Origin: Takakia lepidozioides
Lineage: Eukaryota > Plantae > Bryophyta
Length of the DNA stretch: 64,000 nucleotides
Assembly (NCBI GenBank): GCA_030704615.1
Contig: CM060731.1
Coordinates: forward strand, 53,754,001-53,818,000
Direction: 5' to 3'
Each line of letters opens with the position of its first letter. Position 1 is the first letter of the stretch. Under the pieces are notes generated by a model that saw nothing but the letters and a program-made list of their open reading frames with translations, was not told the DNA's origin and did not search any database. Of the stretch, positions 39,301 through 51,659 are shown piece by piece. The position numbers and the translations under genes are program-made.

Positions 39301-42280
39301 ACCAGGTGAATTCATATACTCGCTTAAGAATGACTCAGAGAAAGAAGTGAATGTCGTCAACGACATTCAATCTGGATCTATGATTGCAATCCTTATGAAG
39401 CCACATTTTTTCCCCAAAAAAGCAGTAGATTTCAAGTATGACATTGCACCTGTACACAACTCGCATCATGGCCCACTCTCCTCCAACCTGACTGTCAAAG
39501 TCGTTGGACCGTAAAATGTTATCCTCTTTGGAGAACTCCCGAAAAAATAATCTCCAGGTGAGACCTCTCCACTTCCTTATGTATGCCTCCAATGACATTT
39601 GGGGAGGGAAACATCGAAATGTTCAGGTCCTTCAAAGTCTGATCCAGCACAATGACGGCGCGCTTTTCGAGCTGCAAATTTTATATTTGTCAGAATTGCA
39701 AAAAGATACTCATCACATACTTGAAGAGAAGAAAACGGCATTTTAATACACACCTGACTCCAAAATGTAGCCTTGTGGAGCCAGTTATCAAACACCAAAT
39801 CACTGATTCCTTCCACCTTTGTGCCAGGCTGTATGGTGCTCTTTGGGAACTGATTCAAGTCCTTTACTGTTTGATCTGAGTTCCATATCTCCAGCCACCT
39901 TATTTTTGTTTGTGGGTCGACCATCGATATGGCCAGCCGGTGCAATTTCTCCTGCTGCATCTCCGGATGCACATGCTTGTCATAGTGTGTTTTGATCTGC
40001 TGAAGGAACTCAGAACCAAGTCCAGGATCTACTATTCTAAGCTGCTTTCCGAAGGCGGACATCAATTTGGTTCTTCGCGCATTTCAAACTCCTTCTTTAT
40101 TGCAGCTTCCACACCCTTTGATGTCCTTAGTTCCTCTGGTGTAGTGCGGTAATATTCGGATTTTCCCTTCTCAGCTGCCTCTGCCAGTTCTTGCTGCATT
40201 GATTCAAGTAGTGATTAGCACCGAAGGGACTACAAACATGTATTCGAAAGTAAACTGATACAGACTCGGGCTTACCGCATACATGTACTCCAGAAACGCC
40301 TCTCGTGTCAAAGAATACCAAGTGCCTGCAGCTCTTCCTGTTTCGCACTTCTTGATGATATTGGGTGGTATACTGTCCGAAAATCATCCAGCTTCATCAG
40401 ACCAATCCTCTGAATTCGGAATAGTGTGTGAACCAAGCTTGTTGTCACATGCGATTTCTCTGTCGATCTGCAAAAACATTGGAAACATTGCATTCCTTAA
40501 CACTGTTTTTTGGGGATTAATAAGACACTACAGAGGAATGAAATCTCCTGGATGACTTACTTGTTCACGTCGTGCATAGCTGTAAGAAGCCTAGCGATGT
40601 CGTTTCCAGGATCCAAACCATTGCCTCCACAGCAACATGCTTGTCTTTGTCTTTCGCATGGTGTTTCTGAATGTATCCCATCCATGCCAGCAATCGGTGG
40701 TTGCCGTCCCAGACGTAGAACATGTGGTTGCAAAATTGCTGGGTGTTCTTTCCCATCATGAGGCCCAGCTCGAACTCCTCATTGGCATCTTTCCAGCACT
40801 CATCCCAGTTATCACTGATCTCTGGAGACACTAATGTGCTTTTCCCATTTATCCGTCAGTGACACATAAAAAAACTTGTGCACCAAGTCTATATCCATGC
40901 ACAAAATCACTCTCCAATTTTGTTATGTCATGGGAAAGAGGTGGACGCACAACAGGCATTGACATCATCCGGCACAGAGGGATGTCCAGACGCCCTCCAG
41001 ATACGAGCATGTCCCTTATAACCTCCTGAGAGTTTACCTTCTGGAATGACATGAGTTCTTTCACCTTGTCAAGGTAGTGCACTTCAGATTCATCTGCTTC
41101 ATCTGTATTCTCTGAGCTTTTTCCGGACTCGTCCCCATCTCCAGATCCTTTCCCCTCTGATCCTGTAGGCTTCGACCTCACAGTTTTCTGCACGATGCCA
41201 TTCAGTTCTGACTGAGTAATTTGCAAATAGTGAACGGCGGTAACGACCATCACTCTGTCTCAAGAAACTCACTATGAATGGTGTGAAATAATTCAGCACA
41301 ATCTACACAAGCAAAGCTGATCCTGCATATTCAAAACAAAAGCGAGAGCGATAGCGAACGGCGTTAACGACAATCACAAAAGATAAGGACCTGCCGGATC
41401 GGTGTTGTGTAATGACATCTATTGTAAGTGATTGGCGGCAACGACATTCAGTATAGTTTAGGCGGACAGTAAGTGCAGATTATTCAGATTGACTCCATTG
41501 TGATGTCGCCACTGGGACGCTTGAAAGGCAATCAGACAGACAGTATGATCTGAACAACGATGATTGACGTATGCCGACCCTCAGTCTCTCTTCAAACACA
41601 TAGGTACATAAATCTCATGAGGAGAATCGAATGGCGTTAACGACGCTCGCAATTCAGTAGTTCCTGCTAAAGAAGGGAAGAGGAAGGACTCCTTGAAAGG
41701 CAATCAGACAGACTGTATGATCTGAACAACAGTGAATGACGGTACGATAGTCACCCACTCATTGTGCGGTAAACCCTTATAGAAAGCAAATCACCTTTGT
41801 GATGGTCTAGCGACATCCCTGTCTGGGACATTCCACTCAATCTCTACGCATATCTTCAACAATCAAATGTAAGTTAGAGAAAACTTACTGCGCCTTCTTA
41901 GGTTTTGAAATTGGATCCCCTTCTGCAACTTTCCTCTTCCCTCTCACATCTGCTGGAATTTCTGTCTGCTCTAAGGTTTTGGACCTTCTCCCGGTTCGGC
42001 GTTCCGCGTGCTTCCACCTCCTTCAGTGTCCCTGCGAGCATCTCTGCATCCACAGGCTGGCGCACTCTTATCGCCGACTGTGTCACAGCCGCTGCCTCAG
42101 TCTCCGTCTGCTCTTGTGAAAGTCTCCGCGTTCACCTGCTGCCTTGGCCCTGTGTTCTCCAACAAACGACGCCTCGTCATTTGCTCTCTTGCTCTGCGTC
42201 TCTCTCTAAGGGAAGTAAAATAAAGAGACTTTCTTCTCTTTCGTATTGTAGAAGGAACCCTCTCCAGCTTGACTACCACT
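36400..42280 (-). pseudogene. Second ParB-like plus amino-MTase-like multi-exon cargo gene (MULE-3)
   Basis: DIPLCRMMSMPVVR...FYVWDGNHRLLAW (40694-40708); IVDPGLGSEFL..HPEMQQEKLH; ADIVILDIPDG (DIPD 37651-37662)..WN..YWSWVFGF..FLSDAGTLLLF; PWRGAKEKSPAFMQILLESCSHRSARVVDLSVSTG|ATYHACK..GMEGD. Gene boundaries are approximate. Confidence 0.78.
38600..39375. repeat. Intronic ~300-bp tandem repeat (3 units) with six GTGAATG(T/G)CGTCAACG(A/C)CATTC palindromes
   Basis: Copies at ~38632, 38739, 38919, 39022, 39226, 39347; more degenerate copies at 41230-41650. Confidence 0.88.
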
Positions 42281-43014
42281 CTCCTCTAAGCGCGAAAAGT
42301 AGAAAACGCAGTGACTCCCGATTGCTGCGTTCTTGCTTGTCTCTAGAAGCATCGGATTCCCTCTCGCGTGACCGTTACACATAGTCGTTCCCTTATTAGT
42401 GCACATGCCAGCAATTGGTGTACAGCTGTTCGTATTCAGTTATGGATGTCTGACGTGTGTCGCCCAAAATAAACGGCGTGTTCTTTATTAGAAGGGTTTC
42501 AATATTTAAAATAACAGCGAATCCCAGAAATCTTGGCACACAGTCTTAAACAAATAAATGTAAATGAACGAGAGTTTGATGACAAATTTTGGAATATCAT
42601 ACACGGTCATCCTTGTTAGCCAACCCCACATTCGTTTCACATTTGGAACTTTCCAGGTGCGCATGATCATTGGTAGTAGTATAAGATACATTTACTTAAT
42701 CTGCAATCCCATCCTCAGATCCTGTGGCATGCTTCCAGGAAGTCGGCTTTGTTATTGGTTTATTGATGAGGTTCTGATTAACGGTTTTAACAGCTGCCGA
42801 CACTGCTCCTAGGGATACTCTGACCACTGGGCCCACAAGAAAAGTAATTAAAATGGACGGCTGCATATCTGGAAAATAACATAATATGCACAGTCGTTGT
42901 CTGAGCTTCCTCCGCCATATTCTCTGCTCATTCTTCAACTGTGTTCTGGAGACATCAGTAAACCGATTTACACTAGATCTGCGATAGCAAGGTAAACGTA
43001 CGCGAGGAAGGAAG

Positions 43015-44844
43015 ATGGCTTCCTCTGAAGCAGAGTTCTTCTCTGACGACAAACCAGTGTCCGTTCTCCCAGGAAGTCCTTGACAATGGATTTGCAATTG
43101 TTCTGGAACATGTCTTGGCTACCCGTTTTCAGCTGCAGAATGGCTCCATCTTTTTGGAGAAAGAGGTGTACGATCTTAAAGGGAAGTTGTTGAAATACTC
43201 TTTCCAAAACCGTGATGAGACGGCTCATATCAGCCAGTGGAGAGTGCGTCCTGGTCGATACAGAGTACTTGGAGAGCCTCGGCGAAAGTCCCTTGGGTCA
43301 TATGTGACGCCTGGGACTGCTGCTTCGGTCGTTGAAGACAAGAGGGAGGTGGTGGTGAAAAAAAGAACAGACGTCCTCCACTCCAATCGTTGAGCTTTCG
43401 GATTCTTCCGATGATGACATAAGTGAAATTCCAAATCCAGTCCTTCCTACTGTGGTTGAGAAGCTGATGAAGAAGATTTGTAGTGTCATTCCAAAATTGC
43501 GGGCGATGGGAGGAATGGCTGGATTCAAAAGTGAGTTGCGGGAATTGATTGGGAATCTTTGAAGCAGGTGCCTGTGAAGTTCTTGCCGGAGACTTTTGAT
43601 GGCGATATCCTATTCGAGCTGCCTCCTCCTCCGCGAGTTGGAGGTGTAACAATCATGATGCATGGAATGGACAAGAAACACGACGGGCACCCGTGGTGCA
43701 GAACAAAACATCCAATATTCAGAATGATGACAAGCTTGTTTTCAGGAGGACAGTTTGCAATGGACCTTAGGTGTGATAATTTGAATTGCAGACACTTTCT
43801 TCAGTCTGGGTTCATAATCAAAGCGAATGGGAGGGTCTGGCGGAGAATCCATTTCAGCCTGGGACTGCCCCTCCACCGGCAAACACTTTCGTCTGCAAAT
43901 TCTGCAAACTTGTGCCATCCTGCTTGGCGCTCTGCGGAGCAAGAATGTACTATGTTGTCCACCGTTTGAAACAATGACAAGAGCTTGTGTGCATTTCGGA
44001 TTCCATAACCATCCTGTCTCGAAGGGGGATTACAGAAGAGTGTTGACAGTATCGAGGTTGATTAAACAGGAGTTCGGGAGAACCCATCCGCAACAACATC
44101 TGCAATTGCTCTTGGTGCAAGCAAGCCCTTCTTGGAAAGCCATATTTTGAGTGAAGGGGATTCTGTGGGGACTAAACTTGACGGTGCAGCATTGACCTGG
44201 TCATGGATCATTTCTCCACTTTAAGTTCACCTAACATTCGGCATCAGATCAATGCATTGAGAATGGGCTCTGGGATCAGAGGCTACATAGACAATATTTT
44301 GGAATTGAAACGAGTGAGCAAGTAGATTACATCCAGGACAATGTATTCCCAGGTCAAGGTGCCATCAAAGTTTCTTTTCAAAATGTCGACTGTTGGGGGA
44401 GGGCAGTGGGGTTAGCCTCGTGAAGCGGATGCAGAAGACTGGGGACTTGCAGAACTGTTTTCTTATGTTTGATCATGTGAAACGAGTGAAGATTGGACGA
44501 CAATGGCTTGTCATGTCTACGATCCAGTGTACCAACGAGTTATGACAATTGCAGTTTGTGACATGCAATCCGAGGATACGGAATCCCAGAAGCTCATGTG
44601 GAATTCCCTGATACGTGTCATGGGCTACCATGGCTGCCATCTCCAAATTTCGCAGGTTTCATGGCGATAGTGCTCAAGCAAATTTCAATGCTGTTCGTAT
44701 TGTCTTCGGATCGGGCGACCCAAAGTGTCTATGCCAGGAAGAGAGCGTACATGTCTATTCCATTGGACACAATCTCTGGAAAAACATACAAAGTCGGACA
44801 TCAAACCAGAGATGCAGACTCAGCACCGTAAATTGTGCAAAGAG
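43015..44844 (+). pseudogene. MULE-3 transposase (frameshifted, 3'-truncated)
   Basis: MDKKHDGHPWC, FVCKFCK..SCLALC, RACVHFGFHNHP, VFPGQG, MFDHVKRV..MACHVYDP..MTIAVCDMQSED, DSAQANFNAVR, CLFHWTQSL. Confidence 0.85.
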
Positions 44845-45934
44845 TAACCTTACGTTTGGTATTTAAGTATCAGATTGCTTCAGCAATCTATCGGATTCCA
44901 TCAACTCATCCATTCATTCCACAGTTTCACTCAGATCTCTCTACACAGTGTGAGTATGAAGTATGAATTAGATTAATATCTATCAAGTATCAGGCTGAAG
45001 CCATGGAGTCTCTAATCTGCTCTACATTACAACTCTACTGCTTGCATTCATCACATCAACAGATCGTTCTCCTCCTACTCCGTGCTCTCCCTCCCTTTTT
45101 CTACTCAGAGATGCGCTCTCCGCTTCATTTCCCCCCAGTGATGTCCGAAGTCCTCCCCAAGAAGCGATCCTCTCCCCCCAGAAGTGATCCTTTTCCAGTC
45201 CTCGCTCCTGGCTTTATCTTCCTACCCATTGTTCTAACCGTTTCCCTCACTAACCGTCATCCGTGAACTAACATGTTCCATTCGCAGATGTTGTTCCCCA
45301 CAGTCGTTCCCTATCCTGCTATCCTTTCCCTATGGTCGTGACAGCTGTGTCAAGCTGTGACTGGCTGTGTGAAACTGTGATGGGCTGTGACTGGTTGTGC
45401 GACTGTGTTGGGCTGTGTTGGGCTGTGTCGAGCTGTGACTGGCTGTGTGACTGTGTCGGGCTGTGACGGGCTGTGTCGGACTGTGACTGGCTGTGCGACT
45501 ATGTTGAGCTGTGACTGGCTGTGTTGGACTGTGACTGCGGTTTTGGCTGTGTCGGGCTGTGACTGGCTGTGTGGCTGTGACGGGCTGTGTTGACTGTGAC
45601 TGGCTGTGTTGGACTGTGACCTGTGTTGACTATGACTGGCTGTGTTGGCTGTGTCGGGCTGTGATGGACTATGACGGGCTGTGACGGGCTGTGATGGACT
45701 GTGTTGACTGTGACTGGCTGTGTTGGACTGTGACGGGCTGTGTTGACTGTGACTGGCTGTGTTGGCTGTGTCGGGCTGTGACGGGCTGTGATGGACTGTG
45801 TTGGGCTGTGTATCTCCCCCCCTAAAGCCTGTTGCTGTCACCCCTAAGGCTCCTATTGGTCTCAGTCTGTGTAAAAATTAAGGGTACCCCACAGATCCCG
45901 TAGAAGCGTCTAAGTCCTAAGCAGTCCTCTAACA
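44844..45934 (-). repeat. LTR of Gypsy family A/B, lying in inverted orientation at the 5' end of copy B; contains a CACAGCC-type array (45345-45810)
   Basis: The reverse complement starts TGTTAGAGGACTGCTTAGGACTTAGACGC and matches the 3' LTR at 62407. Confidence 0.8.
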
Positions 45935-46889
45935 CATGGTGGATTGGAGAATTAAAGAATTTGATGTGAATCAAATTCCCTGTGAAAAAGAAAGGAAAGA
46001 TTGTCCAAACGATTCTTTCAGAGGTTCTTGGAATTGCCAGACGGTTGTAAAGAAAACATTCTTAAAGAGTGCATGATGCTGACCCTGAATGGGGTCTGGA
46101 GAAAGGAGTGATAAAGATTTATCAGGTGGCCTGTAGAGGAAGAGCATGTTGGTTACCAACACTGGTTTATGTGATAGCATTGCTATCCGTAAAGTGAGTA
46201 GAGTTTGAAGGCTGGGAGGAAAGAAAGGTGAATGTTTATACTCATATGCATGAAGAGCTTGTACTGGTAAAGAATTGGATTCCAAAGGATATTTTGTGGA
46301 TCAAACTCACACCAAAACAGCTTTCCAGACTTGTTTGCCATATGGTTATATGGTAACGGAGACTTCTAGTATAGCCAAGGGTGCATTGAAGCTTGAAAGA
46401 AACCCATGCATATACGAGAGATATTACAGAAGAGAGTTTTGGTTATTGCCACATTAAAAGAAATGAAAGACATGGGACATGAGTGATGAAAGAGAAGCTA
46501 GACTCCAGAGATATTCAGCAAAAAGAGAAAGCTATCTGAAAGCTAATTATCCATATCTTTGGGAGAGAGGAATAGACATAGGGGAATCATCTGGACCTCT
46601 CACACCATTAAGATCAGGAGTACATCACCCATATCGAAGAACTAGAGTTGGATGCCACTCCTTCTTTTTCTTTGCAAGAAGATTAAGGGAAATTGGTACG
46701 GGAAGAAGATCAATCACGAGGTGAAAGATCGGAGGTACATCCCTGGATAGAAGATTTGACGGAAATCTTTGATAAGAGTTGGCATGGAACACCAAAAGCA
46801 GGAATTCCAGCTTCTGAAGCGGAGGGTGAAAAAGGAGGAGAGGATGTGTAGCCAACGGGAGTTCAGACTCTCCAACACCATTGCAGTTG

Positions 46890-48420
46890 AGTTACATGAG
46901 TGAAGAAGAAACCCAAGGGCAGAACTTGGAGGATGAAAATAGAGAGAAGAAATTGGAAGAGGAAGAGTATGAAGAAGTAGACCCAACAGCTGAGGTTGAG
47001 ACTACAACCAGGACATCCCAACCCGTTGGACCTGATCAAGTGGAGCACTTGGATCACAGGCCACGAAGGTGTCGGCTCAGGGGGATCAGGCGGGCTGCCT
47101 GGATCTGGCTCTGGGGGACAGGGAGTGGGAAATAGTGCAATTGGAGTGGGAATACTGTGAATATCGTGGGGCCAGTAGCAGGGAGTGCTCAGGGGCCACC
47201 ACTGGTGGAAGATCCACCACAACAACAACAGGTCCTGAAGGACCAGCACCAGCAAGGGTGCCAGCACCTGTCAGTGGCAGAAGGTAGGGCCACAGATGGC
47301 GTTACAACCAACACGGGCAAAACCCACCTTTTCCAATATATTCAGGAAAAGGGGATCCCGATGTACACATTAGCCAATTTGAGCACATGTGTATAGTGAA
47401 CAATGAGAATGGCGATGATGCCAAGATGAGATTGTTTCCTTGTTCACTTATCAAGAACAAGTGAATGGTATGCAAGATTCCCTGATAATCATTTCTAACC
47501 TGGAATGGCTTGAATACAACATTCCGAAATAGGTTCAGGACAAGTAAAACTGAGGATGAAGTGTATGGAAGTTTACAACAGTTAAAGCAAAAGAAGCATG
47601 AAACTGTTGAGGAGTATATGGAAAAGATGGAATTGATGATGAAAAAGCTGGCTGCTGTACCAGCACCAGGTTTACAGAAGACTTGGTTTGTGAGTGGACT
47701 AAGACCAGAGTTGCAGAAGAAAGTGGATATATTACCCCATAATACAGTGGAGGAGGCATTTGAAACTGCAAACAGAATTGAGCAATTGGGAATGCTCAGG
47801 AGAGAGAAAAAGGATGATGAGACTCTGAGGATGAGTCAGATGAAGAAGAAGAGCAAGAACTGAAAAGGAAGAGAGAAAGGAGAAGTTGAAGGGATAACTA
47901 TGAGAAAAGATTAGAAGAAATCTTGAAGAAGTATGCCACAGAGGCTGCAACACATTGGAGGAAGGGTGTTTGTTGTGCAAAGTGCCAGAATGAAGGCCAT
48001 ACCACCACTGAATGCCACATGAAGGAGAAACATTGTACTATCTGTAAAATGGATACCATTCTACTGAGAATTGTTACTACAACAGAAGGACAGCTGCAAG
48101 AGAACCTAGGCAAGTAAGGGTGCATCAAGTGCAACCCCAGCCAAGAAGAAACAGTGATCAGGACCACTATGGTAGGCTTGGTGGTTATAACAATGGCATG
48201 GAAGGGAGAGGTAATTCAAGAGGGAATTACCAAGGAAATTCCAGAGGCAACTATCAGGGTAATCCAAGGGGAATTACCAGCCAGGGAATCAGGATTACAG
48301 AAATAATCCAAGAGCAGACCAAGGGCGAGGACCCATGGTGAAGAACTGTGTTACTATTGTAATCAGCCAGGACATCGCAAGGCAGCCTGTTCATTCTGGA
48401 TTAGACACCAGAATGAGATG
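46890..48420 (+). pseudogene. gag of Gypsy copy B (capsid and zinc knuckles)
   Basis: YSGKGDPDVHI, KMRLFPCSL, LKQKKHETVEEY, WFVSGLRPEL; knuckles CAKCQNEGHTTTEC and CYYCNQPGHRKAAC. Confidence 0.8.
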
Positions 48421-50900
48421 AGAGCTCCTGTGAATGAGGGCCCAGTGGTGGCAGCTCACATGGTTAGGCCATGTGTTGTACCAGAAGTAAGTACAATGAT
48501 AGTAACAAGAAGCAAAGCCAAACTAATACCTCCAGTAGTTGAGGAAGATGTTGATAATGAAGGTGGCAGTGATATTTGCCTGAAGATGATGAGCTTGGAG
48601 AGATGAGAAGGAACTGCACAAGGAAGTGGCAGATACCATAAGGGAAATGCAGAGAGTACCGATATTCCTGTGGCAGATTCCTCTGATTCTGATGGAGAAG
48701 AAGAAGTGAGTGAGGATGAAAGGAAGAAAGAAGTTGCAGACATGCAAAGTAATGAAGACTTTGGCTGAAGTAATATGCCAGACCAAAGCAGAGATTACCA
48801 TTGGACAGCTATTGGCTGTGGCACCTTATTGTAGACATAGGCTGTATCAAGCAATCAATCGAATTGCCCAGGAGACAGGAAACACAGACCTGAACAGCAA
48901 GGTGACCAGTTATAATGTGAAGCCGGAAGGGCGAGAAACAGTCATGGACTTTGATGATTCTATGCCAGTAATCCAATTGAGAATTGGAAGCATAGAACTA
49001 ACTGATGTACTGATAGATGGAGGCTCTGGAGTAAATATCATGACAGACCAATTAAGGAAGAAGCTTGGTCTAAGTAACATGAAACCAGCCCCATTTACAG
49101 TAACAATGGCAGATCAAAGGAGTGTACAGCCATTGGGATTGATAAGAGGAGTTTAAGATACATACAAAAGATGATCTTTATGATCACAGTAACTGTGTTG
49201 AAGATGGATGAAGTCATGGAGGCTTACTCCTTATTATTGGGACGTCCGTGGCTGAAACATGCCAGGGTATTCCATGACTGGAATTCTCAGTTACTAACCG
49301 TGCATAATGGGATGTACGAGATACAAATTACCACAAAGAAATCTAGTAGATTACCTGCTACGAGAAGACCTCGAGGGTCAGAGAGTATGACTGGAGAGGA
49401 GGACTGGATGAGGAGCAGGAAGCTACCCTGTTCGCTGCACACCCAGAGTGGGAGCAGGTTGCAGAAATGCGGCTGGAAGACCTAAGTTGTTTAAGAGGTA
49501 TCTGCTGTGGTGTAGTGCAGCAACACCAATTGAAGAGGAACCACATTACCCATCACATTTCTATGAAGAAAGAGAAGGAGAAATGGAAATCCTAGAGGAA
49601 CCAGCCACTGTGAGTTTACAAGATGAAGTGGTGACTGGTTGGACAATCACAGCTGATGAGCAAGTGAGGGAAGTGAATGTGGGAACCTGAAGAAAGATGC
49701 AGTGTTTGCATGGACACCTGAATGTCAACAGGCTGGACTTACATTGTCAGTAACAACTACACCTGTGCGATTAATCCTCACTGACAAGAAACATTTCATG
49801 TTCACTGTGATGCTTCAGGAGAAGCACTGGGAGCAGTGTTAGCCCAAAATATTACAGGAATGATAGATTCACCTGTGTACTATGCTAGCCGATTGATGAA
49901 CAATGCTAAAGAAATTATAGCACAACAGAAAGAGAAGCATTGGCAATGATCTATGCAGTGAAGAAATTCAGGCATTACCTGTTGGGCAAGAAGTTTATGT
50001 TTTATGTGGATCACCAGGCTCTGATATACCTGGTAAACAACCTCTGATAAGCGGAAGAATAGCAAGATGGTTGATAATCTTGCACGAGTTTGAGTTCGAG
50101 GTTGTTTACAGCCTGGAGGCTGCATCTTGTGGCGGATCACTTGTCATGGTTATCAACAGGAGAACCAGCCACGGAGTAGATTCAATTACCAGATGCGAGT
50201 CTATTTGCAGTGGAGGTGCAGGGAAGTGCAGATGACTAGTTAGATTGGCAGTGGCCAATCAGATACTACCTTGCTCATGGTCAGTGCCCACCAAGTTATG
50301 GAAAGGAGCAGAGAAAGAGAATTGCTATCAAGGCTCTACTTACACTATGGTAGGGAGCAGAATGTATAAGCTAGTGGAGTGCTGAAGCGATGCTTGTACC
50401 ACCATGAAGTAAATAAATTTTTGGAGGAAGTTCATAAAGAGTGGCTGAAGGTCATTTTGGAGAAGAGACTACCAGTAGGAAGATACTACTGGCAGGTTAT
50501 TGGTGGCCTACTTTGTTCAAAGATGTACACAAGTATTGTCAGAGTTGTGATGAATGTCAGAGGCAAGGACCTTTGCAGAGATCTGGGAAGATGGCTTTGC
50601 ATCCTACAATGCGGAACAGTTTGATGAAGGCAAGTTTAAGACTTTTAAGACGGAGATTTGGTTCTCTGGTGCAGAAGAAGGGAAGATTAAGCTTCTAAGC
50701 TTAAATCACCATGGAAAGGCCTTATGTCATACAGAAATGTTGATATGTTACAAAAACAAGAGATGAAGAGTCAATGCCAATAAGTTGAAGGGTACAGTGG
50801 TATCCATGACAAACCATTGCATGATTTACATGTTGAAACGCAATCACGGCTGCGCCATGATACCACGGAGTATGGAGCACTTGTCGCTAGGCCGAGCATA
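48420..50900 (+). pseudogene. pol remnants of Gypsy copy B (protease LIDGGSG, RNase H, integrase Zn finger)
   Basis: VLIDGGSGVNIM, LLLGRPWL, HCDAS, GHFG..YWWPTL..CQSCDECQ. Confidence 0.88.
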
Positions 50901-51659
50901 TATGACCAGTTGCCTATCAGCCCATTGCCATGCACAATCACAGCCCATCAAGTGCCGTGTTATCTCACGGTGTCATACAGCGTGTCACAGCCTATCATGG
51001 CTTACACAGTGCGCCTATCCAGTGTGTATGTGTCACAGCTCAACACAGCCTAATGGGGTTACACAGTCCATGAACAGGTTTAACATCCGGACAGTGGCAA
51101 AAGTGGACGGAGGCACGTTTAGAAATGGACACGTGGACGCCAGGGCGAGACACAGCCGACCTGGATTGCAAAGGCGAGTGTCATCCAAATTGGCGTCAAA
51201 GTACCTAGACACATTAACTGAGGTTTGCTATTTCATGAGCATGAGCGGCATGAGGCATGAGCGCATGAGGTAGTAACACAATCGGTTTTCATGAGCAGAA
51301 GTACAAATTTCGAAAATAAAAACAATAAAAAACAATAATTTAATGCAATGTGTCAGGAAAAACAAATATATTAATCGGCCCCTTGAAGGGAAAATTGCAC
51401 TTTTGACAGTTGTGCTCATGATATTTCGTCTTCCGCTCATGCCAATTCCCAGCGACATGTGCAAATATGGCGCCGAATTTCGCGGTAATAGGGTCCGTAA
51501 CCTGAAAAACGGCGACGTATTTCGCGGTAATAGGTCTCTCTGGCGAAAAATGGGAACGAATTCCGCGGCTATAGGTCCCCTCATGACAGGTAATTCAGCG
51601 CCATTTTTCCAGTGCATGTTCGGACTTAGCCAGTTCGGACTTAGCATTTTCAGACGTGC

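Larger units (their letters stand above)
35587..44844. mobile_element. MULE-3: related element with the same head-to-head cargo/transposase layout, right end cut by an LTR
   Basis: Left end CAGGGATGCCTCGGCGTGAGC aligns with the MULE-1/2 TIR pattern and has subterminal CGTGAGC repeats; it starts where the RT homology ends. Homologous cargo and transposase genes. Second TIR and TSD not seen. Confidence 0.7.

Noticed and set aside
29992-42280. Bacterial restriction-modification locus or contamination (motif cores GGCGCC and GTYAAC are restriction sites)
   Set aside because: The genes have spliceosomal introns and lie within a TIR/TSD-bounded MULE, and no endonuclease is visible. Any palindrome has a palindromic hexamer core.
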